Source: Utricularia gibba (lineage: Eukaryota; Plantae; Magnoliophyta). From it: a DNA stretch of 64,000 bases. Of this stretch, positions 38,943 through 54,086 are shown in pieces (within the stretch, counting starts at the first letter, position 1; every line of letters starts with the position of its first letter). Position numbers and translations under genes: made by a program. The notes beneath the pieces were generated by a model, which was not told the origin of the DNA, did no database searches, and saw nothing but the letters and a program-made list of their open reading frames with translations. The DNA is taken from the NCBI GenBank assembly GCA_002189035.1, contig NEEC01000021.1:1054001-1118000 (forward strand), given 5' to 3'.

Positions 38943-41900
38943 GATGTCCCCAAAACTTCCCCTTACGAATGGATTCTCAGCTTCAGTTTTCGTTTGCCAC
39001 AAGCCAAAAGAAGAACGCACCAGACGATTCCGTTATATATGCCGCAGTCCTCCTTACAGTTAACATATTACCAATTTACCCCTAAGGTATGTAAGCGTCC
39101 TAATGGGCTGACAACGTTATAGGCCTCCAGCTCAACTGCATCCCAGCGACCCACAATGAAGTCCAACAGCAAATACCATACTTTTAACTTCAACATTATT
39201 ATATTTTTAATTTTATATTTTAAACAAATCTAGGTATTAAAAAAATTTTCAAATACAAATAAATTAAAAGATTTTTTAGAAATGGATTAGTAATTTAGTA
39301 TTAAACAATGTTTTCGAAAATGCTAGGTATGTTACTTTAATTATTTATATATATATAATAGAATATATATTTGATAGAGCAATTTAACAATACATGAGTA
39401 TTTTACAAATAAATGTAAAATACTTCTAAAAGTATATTTTAAAATAATTTTTGTTAAAGAACTAAAATTTTTAAATTACTTATTCTAAACATAATCTATC
39501 ATACATAATATTATTTTAAACACACTTGTGTAAAAATTATGTATTAAATAAAACTTAATATTCAATTGCATGACACGTATTGATCTCAATTCAAATAACT
39601 CAAATTCATTATTAATTAAACTATCTTACTAAACACACTCTCAATATATTGCCTATTTTTAAACTTGATGTCTGATTTCATTTTTTCGGTAATAATTATT
39701 AAAATTTAGGTTTTATATAATATAAGCTCTAGAAGATGTTTTTAGATAATTGATTTTGAAAAAGTGTAAATTGGGGGTGTAGGGTTTCTAAATTTTTAAT
39801 TTTTTAAAATAGAAATAATTATTATTTAATAAAAAAATTAATTTTAAATCATTTTGAATAGGGATAAAGACGATCCCTTTACAAATTGCTGGTTTATGCA
39901 TTCTTAAACCCGAGTGGACACCAGGTTTTCCAAAATGGGGTTTCTCGATTCAACCATATCCTGTCTCTCAGTGGAGAAGAGGGCCGAGAGCAAGTGGAGG
40001 ATCATTGCTGAGGAAGAGCAACCCAACCCCATCACGCACACTCCCCATTCATGGATTCTTGAAGTCGCCCACAGCGCACAATCGCCATTATCCTCACTCT
40101 TTCTGGATAATGATGCTTTTCAGCGCAGATGAATAGTTCAAAAGCGTTGCTGGTGCGTGCGCCGTAGTGGAGTTCAATTCGATGACTGCTCCCCAGCCCC
40201 GATACGGCTTCTTTGACAAGGGGTTTGTGGGAGATGAGAATATCAAATATGCCCACCAAGTGTTCGAATAAAGAACAACACGAAAAATGGAAGATCAGCA
40301 AGTGAGGAACTGCTGTTCTAAAGCTGACTCGGACGCGGGGATGGTTCTTCTGATGCCCAAATGTGTCTGTTAATCAGGACGAAGCTCGATCCTCGTCCAT
40401 GGAGCTTGCGGATGCCGATAGGATGATCAAGTGAGGTTGGTACCACCGGCAGAGGGGTTCGATTCCGATCGAGAGATGTGGATTCGTGGCATCTTTTCGA
40501 CCGTGTGATGTGACACGTTGGTGGATGGATGGATGTTTGTCATGGCACTTTGGGATCGATCCCCACTAGCCAGATAGGGATGAATTTTTGGATATCTTTA
40601 TTCTGAATTCTTGTTTTTTTTTTAATTTTAATTATGAACACATTATTATTATTATTATTAGAATAATATTTTTAAATTCCTCTAAAAAACTTGTCCAAAT
40701 CTTTCATAATATGTACCATATGTATAACCTAGTGTATACAAAATCTTATATCGATAACAAATGAAAGGTAGGTCTGAATTATAAATATATTATACAAATC
40801 TAGTATAAAGCTTTTACTTTTAAATGAGAAAAACGTAAAATTATAAATTATAAAATATTTACTTCGTGAGTTTAAATAAATTTGTAATTACATGGGTTTT
40901 TTTTAATTTTATGTACATGGGTTGTTTATATCCCTTTTACTTTATTTAATACTACTTAATCTCAATTCTAATCTCAATTACTAACACACTATTTCAAAAG
41001 TAATACTTCTACGTCAACTTTGTTTAAACTAAGTAAATTAAACCATTTTTTTATCTTATTTCCATCAACGAAACACTTCCTTAAAACGAACATTATTTTA
41101 TCTCATACGGAAAAAGCAAAATTAAGAAGAATCAAACACCTCCCAATTCCCATCCCTTAGGGTCTCATATCCATGGAAATGGGATCATGTAGCATCTTCA
41201 TCGAATACGATTCCGGTATTCGACAAGATGATCGTGCGAGACCAAACTTTGATGACACATTAAGGATCTAGACTTTGGTAAGCCACTCACACAGCATCCC
41301 AAAAAGGTGAAACTTTTTTTACTCAAAGTGGAAGTGATGCGTCAATGATTTACCCAATCAGAACAGAATTCACCTCGGATTAAATTCAAAAAAAAAAAAA
41401 AAAAAGCGAACTTCAGGGAGTAAAGAATCAGCGTGCAACAGTCACTTTTGTCGGCCATCGATGTCGCCAAAGGAGACCCCATCGCCTTTTATCCATCACC
41501 CTTCGTGTTGTTCGTCAATACTTTGTTTGGTGCAGATTTTTTCGACAATTATTTTTTGAAAAAAAATTAGAAGATAGAATTTTCAATTTGTAAAATAAAA
41601 ATCATTTATATTTGATAATAAATTTAATTTTATAATTGTCTATGCTATAATTTAAAGTTACGTTTCAAATTATGTAAAATAAAATTATTTAAAATCGTGT
41701 AAATAAAATTAATTTGAGATTTTAAAAATGTTTTGTGGTATAATATAAATTTAATAGAATAAAATATATATTATAAACTTTAATATGTTAATATATAATT
41801 TAATATTATGATATAAATATATTTTTGAACTAGATAACAATTAAATAATATAATTTTTCTGATTAATCTTTCACTTAATTAATAAAATAGAAATTTAAGA

Positions 41901-42121
41901 AATTTAATCATAAAATATAAATTTTTTATTTTATTAGAAAATAGTTTAAAAAATAAAATTTTAAAAAATTAAATAGAGAATGACAAATTTAGGGTATCAC
42001 TGAGCATGGTAAAATTGGAAGGGCATGGCGGAGAAAGTAGTTACCCGCCGGAGGGAAGTTCTCAGACGACAAGCTCTGGTAGTTACAAGCACCGGGGTGA
42101 AACCTGAGAATGAAAACGGAA

Positions 42122-43211
42122 TTACAGATTGCTCTCATGAGAGAGACGGAGGGAGGTGAGAGCCTTGTCGAAGTGCTTAGCCTTGGTGGCTAAATAATCC
42201 TCCCATGTGATTGGTTTGTACACCGCCGGGTTCCACTCGTCGATCAGTTTCTCCACCGGCCCAATTTTCACCCCGCCGGTGGACCAAAAAGGAACGCCAC
42301 TGAAAACCGGCGCCGGCTCTTGTTCACCACCGCCCGGTGAACGACGCTGTTGTACGCGCCGTTGGATAGGATATGCATCAGGTCTCCCACGTGCACGACT
42401 AGGCCGCCGGGGATCGGGGCCACGGGGACCCAACGCCCCCGCCGGAGAGAATCTGGAGGCCGGCGGTGTTGCTCTGGTGGAGAATCGTGAGGATTGTGGA
42501 ATCTGTGTGGGCAGCCAGGCCCATGGCTCGGTCCGGTTCTGGGCAAGCGGGGTATGAGTTCAACTGCATGGCGGAGCCGGGTTCCAGTCCGCCGGTCCGA
42601 GCCCATCTCAGATCTTCTTCCGATATCCCCAACGCTCCGAGCATTAGCCACATCAGACGCTTCGCTAGCCCCTTCATCGTCTTCTGGTAATCCTCAACCG
42701 TCTCACTGCAGACACGAAGAAAACATGTCTCAGAAATCAAAATACCCGGATTCCTAGCCACGATTCATACCAGAAATCGGCATAGTCCTCCGGCCAGAGC
42801 AACCGTGCGTGTTCCAGAGGGGAGCCCATAATGGTGAACCCCTCCGACCACATACGCTTCGTGAAGAACTGCGAAATACGCGCCGCGCCGTAGCCGGCGA
42901 GCCCTTCTTGTCCCCGTGCGGCTTTCATCTTGAGGTGCATGGGGAGCGAGAAGAGATCCACCGCCGCCATCTCCACTTGATCACTCAACTCGCGAGGAAC
43001 CCCGTGGTTAATGACCTGAAACGCCCCCCTTTTTGCATGCATGCCCTATAAGACTGAGGGCATTCTCGTCATTCAGATCAACAACCGGAACGGTCTCCAT
43101 GGTCCCGGCGGCGTCGTCTCGCCACGGCGGCCATGCATGGGTTTCCGGCACCTCGGTGAGGGAGCCGAGATCCAAGGTATGCTTTTGATCCACAAGGACT
43201 CTTGAAGGCAT
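42122..43211 (-). CDS. GA3ox: Gibberellin 3-oxidase (2OG-Fe(II) dioxygenase), 2 exons, three apparent homopolymer frameshifts
   Basis: Exons 42771-43211 and 42122-42705 with the conserved phase-2 intron. Motifs VPETHAW, FQVINHGV, KRMWSEGFT, NSYPACPEPDRAMGLAAHTDST, HRAVVN…RFS. Frame breaks at G-runs near 43025, 42436 and 42271. Confidence 0.88.
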
Positions 43212-44982
43212 GTTTCTTTTTTGAGAAGAAAATGAAGACCCCTGGTGTTGTTTATATAGAACATGAGTTCCCATTTTACTTGGCAATTTGGTATATTTTT
43301 GAATCAATGTATCGATATTGATATCACTATTAGTTTTATTTTTTATTTTTTTTATACAATCGATTTCATATTTTGATGTATATTCGATAATCGAAAAATC
43401 GATATCAAACTCCTACTTATTCATCCGAAAACCATGATTTATCAATATAAACAAAAATATTTCCTTTCTGTAAGGAAATTTATTGAAAAAAATGTGAAGA
43501 ATAAAAGCAAATTTAGGGTAAATGTCTATGGTTTGTTTGAATGAAAAGATTATTAATTAAAAATTATTATTATTTATTATCTTCTCTTTTTTAAAAAAAA
43601 ATCTAAAAAGAGACTCAACCTGACTACCGGCCCTTCCGGTCAAAAGGATGATTCGATTTTGGCCTGACTGTGTAATAAGAGCAGAATGAATCTTTATACA
43701 GCAGTGTTTTTTATAATTTTTGCAACTTATTTTTTACTTTTATAAAATTCAAAAAATAAGAATTAAAAATGAATAAATTAGTTTATAAATTTAATTTATT
43801 TTTACTATAATAAAAAGAAAAATAAATAGTATTTTTCGAACAAAACTATTTTTTATTTTTCAAAGTAAAAATAGATTCTAAAAATTGTAAATAAAACAGC
43901 TTTAGACTCAATCTCCTATATTCATTTTGGAAAAATTGTGTTAATAGCCCATCGTCCAAATTTTAAAAACTTTATGCTGTCGAGTGCCCGACCTATTTTT
44001 GTAATATGAAACAAAAAATAATGTGTACATATATATATATATATATGATTATAAAATTAAATGAAGAAGAGTAAAAAAAGAATTTAAATGGTGATCAAAC
44101 AATGTTTGTTTGTTTGAAAATTAATTTTACTATCAAATATGATCGACTTTTTTAAAAAAAATTGAAACCATAAACCCTTTCGTTAGAATCATTTTAATCT
44201 TTTAAAAGAGATTAAAAATAATAGTCGTTTTATTTTTTAAAATATTTGTGGGTGAAAAAATGAAAGAGCCCTCAGCCTTTCGATCACTCCAGAAAACAAG
44301 GGTATTGTAGTCTTGCTGTGGAAACTTGTGAGATGCCTACCAAGAACAAAACCGCCTCAGAAAGTGAATCGGTGGCCTTATCTTCTTTTCTCAGTTTCCT
44401 GTTTTCGGACACATTCGTAGGATAACTCGAAAATGTAATGGAGATTAATTTATCTAATTATAATTGAGATATAGATTTTACAAGTACGTGTGTTTAAAAT
44501 CTATTGTATTTGATAAAGTATCTGAAAAGTTTTGATAAACATGATTGAAATTGTTATTTTAAAAATTATGCGTATATTGACGAATACGTTTACTAAATAG
44601 ATATAGTTCTTAATATGCATGTATTTAGAAGTGATGTACCAAATGTGTGCCTATGCCTTTGTGGCAATGAGATACCATGCCTTTGATATCCATCTATTGA
44701 ACCTCTTTACTACAAATAAAGATTGCATTCTTACACTTTTTAACTTCTTTACTTAAGGAGTAGAGCAATATGTAGATCATTGCGCATACTACCATATAAA
44801 TCCGTCAACTCTCATGATACGATGAAATTAAGTATGGAATGAATCGAATGAGTATGTATGTAAAATACAAATACATCAGAAATATGAATCATATTTAAAA
44901 ACATTAATTAATTACGAATAATCTATAATCTTTGATATATTTGATTATATCATTTTAATATGATGAATTCGACAAACACATA

Positions 44983-45219
44983 GGGTGTGTTTGATTGGAT
45001 GTAAATGTATTGATTGGGTTTAGAGAATTTGGGTATAGATAATTATTCTCAAAATCCATCTAATTAGTGTGTTTTAAAAATATATACAAATTAGGTTTAT
45101 GAAAGATTATATGTGGGTTTTGGTGTAAAAATTAGTTAAATATTTAATAAGATACCAAACAAATATATGTTTTATTAACCCATTTATACCCACTTTGTAT
45201 CAAACAACCAAACACACCC
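44983..45219. mobile_element. Tourist/PIF-Harbinger-like MITE
   Basis: Perfect 11-bp TIRs GGGTGTGTTTG/CAAACACACCC with a 3-bp ATA duplication on both sides. A degenerate relative starts at ~33146. Confidence 0.8.
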
Positions 45220-47380
45220 ATACAGTGTGAGCGTTGCTAACACATTGAAAAGAAGGAAACTGCGACAAGGAGAGAGGCACAAGATGGTGCTTGTGTGAGT
45301 GTCTTATTGCGTCGGAGCAAGTGTTGAAAGGAGAGCCACAAGTCGAAAAGAGAGGTGCATCCAAAAATGGCGACCAATGGGTGTTTGATGTGATCTCTGG
45401 AGGCATGCCACAAGCTGCGTCCACACTACGGCAAATCAAGTATCGGCAAATGAAGTGCCGATCCCTGACCACATACAGCACAAGGGAAAAAAAACTCAAG
45501 AAGCTTTCCATTTTCCATCCTTTTTTTTTCTGATTAAAAGTGTATTTTTTTTAGCTGTAGGCATCGCAAGTAAGTTTTTTTATTGCTTGTTCAGAGTTTA
45601 GAATTAGAAATTGTGTATAAAATTATTTTATATAAATAAGTTTCTTATAGTATAATTGAATATATATATATATATATTTAATTAAATATAATGTTTGATA
45701 TTCGAAAGTAGAAATATCAATCATATACTTATTTTGAACATATGTGTGGTATAATGATACAAGATTAACATATATATGTTAATTAATTAAATAATAATTT
45801 ATGTGTAAATTTGAATATAAATCTTTTATACTATATTGTCAAACAATTTTTTCACGATATTGAAAAAAACTAATCTAAAAATAAATACATTTAAATAGAA
45901 GTGTTTTATTAATCTTGTACGAAATTTTTTTTCAAAGTAAATAAACTGAAATTATAAGGATTAAATAAATTAAAATGAATGATATTATATAAAAAGAGTT
46001 ATCAAACAAACACATACAATAGGTTAGGTTAGGTTAGGAGATTTAACACCATATAAAATATCATATCAAACCATACTTCATTATTTGGTATTATTGAACT
46101 CCAAAAAAATGGTTTCAATATAAAAAAATTTTTGTATCACAAACAAATACCCAAACACACCAAGAAAGCACAAATTTTGAAGGGGGCTTCATTTCCCCCA
46201 AAAAATCTTTTGAATCATCTTCTTAAAACATAGAGATCCTAAGTGGTGTGCACAGACTGCTGCACTTTCAAGACCTATTTCTGCAGGCAGCATCAAGCAC
46301 TGTAGTTTACTGCACAGGCTGTGAAGTGACAGGACCATGAAAAAGATGACTGATTTCCAACATGATCAAATGTAGAATCACATCATCATCAGAGAATATA
46401 AATGCAGCCAAGTGATTGCTCAATTATTGACTCTGCCTGAGCCTGAACCAGAGCAGGAGCAAGAGCCACAGCCATGTTTCTTTTAGCTGATGATGAAGGG
46501 AACAGAGGAGATTGCAGCAGATGGCAGAGCTTCAGAGGGCACAAGAACAGATAACTGGAAAACATTGGGCCAATACTCACATGCCAACAGCAATAATTTT
46601 GTGGGAGGTCCCAAGGATCAACAAGATAGCATCTCCATAGATTGTATTCTATGCGGCTTTTAAGTAATGCACAAACTTTCATGATTGCATCCAAAAAAAG
46701 GCAACCATAGCCACACATATATCAGTCATCCCCATTTCATTTTCATGCACCAAGACCATCTACACTGTTGAATAAACAGAAGCTGCAGCAAACTCACTGG
46801 TTGCTTAATGCAAATATGACCAAAATCCCACCAAGAATCAATCACATCCACAAAAAAGGCGCTTTATCTTGGACATCTTTATTCTGAGACAATGATGCTC
46901 TCTCTATCCCTTTCTAAATGGTCTGAAGTGACCACAGACATTAAAATGTCATGGATCAGTTCCATATTTTTGAGTGGGAGCAGAAGCAGAAACTCGCGCA
47001 GGTGTTCCTTTCTGATGCACTGTTTGGAAACAGTGTTGCGGTTCTGTTTTCACTACTTTTCACTTTGGAATCCTATCCTATTTATCACACTTTGGGAAAT
47101 CCAAAAAGAAGATCAAAGGGTTACCATGCCATATAAACAAGCTTGTATAAGAACCCAAAAAATAAGTGTATGATTCTTCACACAGAGGTGCAAGTTACCA
47201 GTCTGGGTGATTAGAGTACTAATAAGTTGAAAAAACAAAATGAAAAGCAAGAATGAGAGTTTGGTTTCTCTAGGGTAGAAAAGTTGGATGGATGGTTACA
47301 GAGTCTTTGTGCAATGGAGCCATAAAATATGATCCGGGAGTAAGGAAGTAGCATTCAATGCAGCAGTTGAGCATGCAAAC

Positions 47381-49325
<1,945 letters not shown>

Positions 49326-50733
49326 CTTTGGAAAGGGAAACAATTGTCCAGAGATACTTACCAAGTCCCCTGGATATCTATTGGTTCTCAAAACTTCCTT
49401 ATCAACTTCCCACATACCTTTTCCTCAAGATTCTCATTTCAACATCAACAACGTTCGAATGAAGATCTAAAAAGGCAAACTGGGGTTCACAAAGATTCAA
49501 ATTTTACAAAGCCTGGACTAACAAGTGAAAAATCAAAATGGGGTATCTTTTTCCAAATTCTGTTTGTAGAGTCCATACTAAGATCAAGTCTTCAGAATGC
49601 AGATTCCACCTTGGCCTTTTGGGCGAGGATATTGGGAGGGATACTGCTAGCACATTCAATGAAAAGTGTGTAATCAAAACCTTCATCATCTATCAGTCTC
49701 AAAGTTTGTCAGTATTAACAAGCATGTGATCATTTGGAAGTATCGCCATGGTTGAGTTCTTGAAACAAGAGGAGCAATTGGTTCCTCCCCCTAACATTTG
49801 AGCTCTTCAAACCGGACATACGTGCATAATCAGTGAGATTGAAATACCAACTTCGTTTGAGAACAATGCAGTGTGTCCTTAAAACACATGTTTCAAAAGG
49901 TGCATAGCTCTTGGAAACCATGATAGTGAGTTTGGAATTAGGAGGCAACTCAATACTCATCCTTTCCTTGTCCTTATCCCCAAGGAAAGTCTCCTGAAGT
50001 TGCCTAATGGCTGGCCTTCTTCTTTCTTCTAGTACATCAAATATCTGCTAGAACCTAAGGTGTCATCTTTCTTAGTGGTGCTGCTTGTTCTAGTCATCCT
50101 GCAGATAGACTACAATGGTAATCCTTACACCGAGTTGGTAATGAAAAAGAGAGAACAGGGAGGACTGATCTGATAATCAAGTCTGTGAACTCATCACAAG
50201 GTTAGTATCAGATGACCAAAGTGAAGTGGTTCATTCTGCTATGCTCTGCTTTGGGTGTTTTTTTTGTCGTGTTGTACTTTTCTTGAACAAAGTGTGGTTT
50301 AGGGTTCAGTTGGGTTGTCCTAAAAGACTAGTGTAATACCACAAATGTGGCAGTGAGTATATGAGCACTACTCCCCCGGGAGCAGAGCCAATTGATTAAT
50401 CCCACTTCGAATCTCATGATATCTGCTGTTGAACCAGGAAAAAAGACACAAGGGGGGTTTACATTATACACCTTTTCCCTGTGAAGGGGCCCCAAGATCC
50501 ACTAGCAAAATCTGCATCAGCACCACTACCAAAGTGGATTCATCACTAACCACTGAGAGAAAGTAAAAGCAAATTTCTTATCAAGGAGAAGATTGATGGA
50601 CATTATCTCCTGTTTGTCTGTTCTTGGACCAGGATATCCCAACTAAAAGGCAATAACACATGGATGAACCAAATGCTAGGGGCGGTTGGTCACTGGTGCA
50701 TCAAAGGGGGGTATGCAGTCTGGATCAAATTGA

Positions 50734-52230
50734 TCACGGAAGCGGGTTAGTCTCTGGTTTCGTGATAGAGGATGCTTCTGGAGGTTGTGTCCGGTAGATA
50801 GCTGAGGCAAGAGATATAGGCATGATGCAGAGTCCCTTGGACTGGAGGAACTGCATTGCGGCCCCAGTGTTCTCTTCCATGAGCTTTGCGACCTCTCGTT
50901 CTGTGCCATCGTTTGACCACTTCTCCCAAGCTGGCTGAGCTCTTGCACCATCGTTTCCTTCATCCTTTTGGCGAAAACAGAGCAGGCCATTAAGATGTTG
51001 CTTTGGCTGCATACTGTTGCCAGTAAACTTTACCTCTAACGACGATATCGGGATGTCCATCACGAGGGGTGCCACCGCTCCGGCTCCTCCCAGTCGGCTC
51101 ATGCTTAAAACCTGGAAGATCGACATCACATGTACTTTTACTGCATAAAAATCAATGAAGATACTGTACACATAGGAATTACAGAAACATCGGCTCACCT
51201 TAACTTGGAGTCTTAAGAACTTAACATAATCCATAATTTCATCAAGCATTGCCGCCCTATCAGTCTGCAGAAGCAGGAAATCAGATTAGAAGCAAAATGC
51301 TTGCCAAGATGAAGCATTCATGTGAATACTAGTGAAGTTCACCTTGTTGACATTGGGAACCAGTTCTTGTAAAGCTCTAATTTTCTCAGCTATTCTTTCT
51401 CGTCGCAACTGTAATAAAGAAGATGCAGAATCTATGACAAAGTGCGTGATGACAAGACAAATATCTTCTACTAAACCTCTAGCGAGCAACAGTTCTTTTG
51501 TGACTTGTCACAGGTTGCACAAGTATGGTGTTTTGTTTCTGCACACTTACCCTCTCCGCAATACTGTGTGGATCCGTCGCTTGGCCTCGTCTGGCTCGCA
51601 CCCTCGGTCGCATTTGAGGTGGATGTGGTGCTGCAGGTACTGTGTTTGCCATTGGAGGAGCATGGAAACTCTGAGAATCAAAGGGCACCGTCATGAAAAT
51701 GTCCACATTCAACATAACTCCAAGGATCATATGCAACCAAAACCAGATAATCAACAGCACACACATCAGACTATAATCCAGTGGATGAAGCACAATGTAT
51801 AAAAGTGCAAACTAAAACAGTACAATGAGAAATTACAGGTATAATAGATCAAAGATGATGGGCATCACCGGTTTCACAGACGAAGCAGAGCCACGAGAGT
51901 CAACAAGATCATCACGAAGAAACCTATTCCCACTCCCCGAGGCATCCCCAAAACCAGCCTTCCCCTGGTCCAGGCTCAACCCCAACGGAAACCCCCAGCT
52001 CCAGCCCCAGGCGCTACACCATAAGCGCCCCCGATGCCAACTCCAAGCCCCGCCGCACCCATAACTCCCAGATGCGGGGACCCGTCACTGGACCCCAGCT
52101 GAAGCATCATCGCAGCCGGCGCCGCGTCGTTTCCGCCCAAATTGGTGTCCCCCGGAGCTCCGTAGCTGGGATACCCCAAAATCGACTCCAGAAAATCGTC
52201 CGACGCCGCTTCGCTGTGATTGTTCGCCAT
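50734..52230 (-). CDS. UNE12: bHLH transcription factor, UNE12/bHLH7-like (subgroup XI), 6 exons, one apparent -1 frameshift
   Basis: Exons 51869-52230, 51551-51670, 51343-51408, 51199-51264, 51034-51111, 50734-50964. Motifs [61 protein letters not shown]. One G is missing at 51992-51996. Confidence 0.92.
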
Positions 52231-54086
52231 GGGGTGAACCCAATTCCGGTGGTTGGAAATTGAAGTGCAGAGAAAGAAGGAACTCCAATCCACTCTCACT
52301 CAGAGTAGTCACGGAATTCCGAACGAGCTCCTCGGGAAGACGACAGAATGGCTGCAGTTCAGTGGCGCGTGCGTGCGTACGTTACATATAAACAATCAGC
52401 GCACAGAAAGAAAGAAAGAGAAAGAGAGAGCCGGCTAGCGAGACCGAGAGAAAGGAGCTGACTCACCCGACCCGCTCTTCAAAAGTGGACATTTTTGTCC
52501 TCGTTGGATTTTACGCCTTTGCCCCTGCTTTACCTTCATACACACAACAATCATCCATGCTTGTGTCTGCCCCATTGTCATATTTAGGTAGAGTTCTAAC
52601 TGATTTGAATCGGAACTGCGAACTGAAATCGTATTTCAATTTTGATTCAAAATTGTAAACTTTTTTTAGATTCCGGTTCTACAACCGTAAATTATAATGA
52701 AAAAAATGTTTTTAAGTATTCACAAAAACTATTGTGAATGATCGTAAATATATTTTAAAAAATATTGAATTGAAAAATCAACCAAATATATCGCATCTTA
52801 TTCTTAGTTTTTATTAATAAATTTCGTAATATATATTTAAATCCCGCAACCAAATACAATCTTAAGGTACGTTTGGTTTCAAATGAAATTTGATCTAATT
52901 GGTATTGTGAAAATAAATAGTATTTTTGCATGATATTTCAAGGAAGTATTGGATCACTATATTCATGATAATTCAAATTGTCAATAAACATTACATTTGA
53001 TATAATTGTAGAAATCAAAATAAATGTGCTAGGAGTTGTAATGCTTGGTGACATCATGAATATAAAATTGAAAAATCCAATAAAATATGGAAGATTTGAT
53101 ATAAGATATGAGAATCAATATTTTAAAATCATAGGATGGACCTAGGGTTTGACCTGGTTCAATTTGATTCTATGATTTTTTGGGTTTGGAATCAATACTT
53201 TTTATAAAAAATTAAAAATTCTAAAATTTTAAAATATTACATATGGATAATTATTTTATTTTTATAATATATTTATAATAAGTTCAACTCAATTCAATTC
53301 ATTATCAAAAGAGTTTAACCTAAAATCAAGCATATTCCGAATGATAAAGTGAAATCATTTTTAAAACACTGATGAAAATGCACTAATAAAATTTAGAAAT
53401 ACAACATTTAGATAATTATTTTATTTTTATAATGAGTTTGACTTGGGTAGGCCAATTTGCGCGCAATTTGTGCCGCAAAAATGCTCCTCAAATTTGATCA
53501 CAATTCAAATGATGCCCGTACCGCTGGCAAATGATAAGATAAAAAAACCATTTGATTAAAAAAAAAAGAAAAAATCAACTAGAATGTGATTCCGAGGGGT
53601 GGTGCAATGCACTGTGCAGCATCAGATTTCATTCTCTGGATTGGTCCTGGGCCGGAGAGCGAGGCTCAATCACGGATTCCGATGCATGGACTCAAGTCCA
53701 GTTACAGAATGGGCCCTCCTGAAGATATGCCCTACGGGACCCACACTACGTCTGACGCGACACGCGGCTTCATTTATGGATACGCCAGGTGTCAGTGGTT
53801 AAAGGGCCCACACACGTGACTTGGGTCAGGGAGTTACGGGTCGGGTCGGGTTGGCTCGTACCATTTGTGGACAATGGATACTTGAGTTGTGGTTTCTGAA
53901 TTGAGCAAATTAATTATTAATTAATTATGCGAAAATGTGATTTTCCGTGGCCTAAAATTTTCCTTTGTAGGCATGAAGCTGGCTGCGAGAGCCAGTTGCT
54001 GCCACTCGTCTCTTGGTTGGCCACGGCTGGAGAAGTGGTAGGTGGGTCTCGTCCGTGAAGAGGGAAGGGGCTTGGTAGTGTCGCCA

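Noticed and set aside
40456-40466. GGTTCGATTCC B-box suggesting a tRNA gene
   Set aside because: No A-box, acceptor stem or full T-stem can be formed around it.
42122-43211. GA3ox (and CYP734A, LEA, glyoxalase, bHLH, SPI) as pseudogenes
   Set aside because: All lesions are 1-2 bp indels in G/C runs, with intact catalytic motifs and splice sites and no nonsense substitutions. Assembly error is more parsimonious.
46021-46038. (TTAGG)n and degenerate TTTAGGG (~32043-32062) as interstitial telomere arrays
   Set aside because: Only 2-3 units each, consistent with chance microsatellites or telo-boxes.
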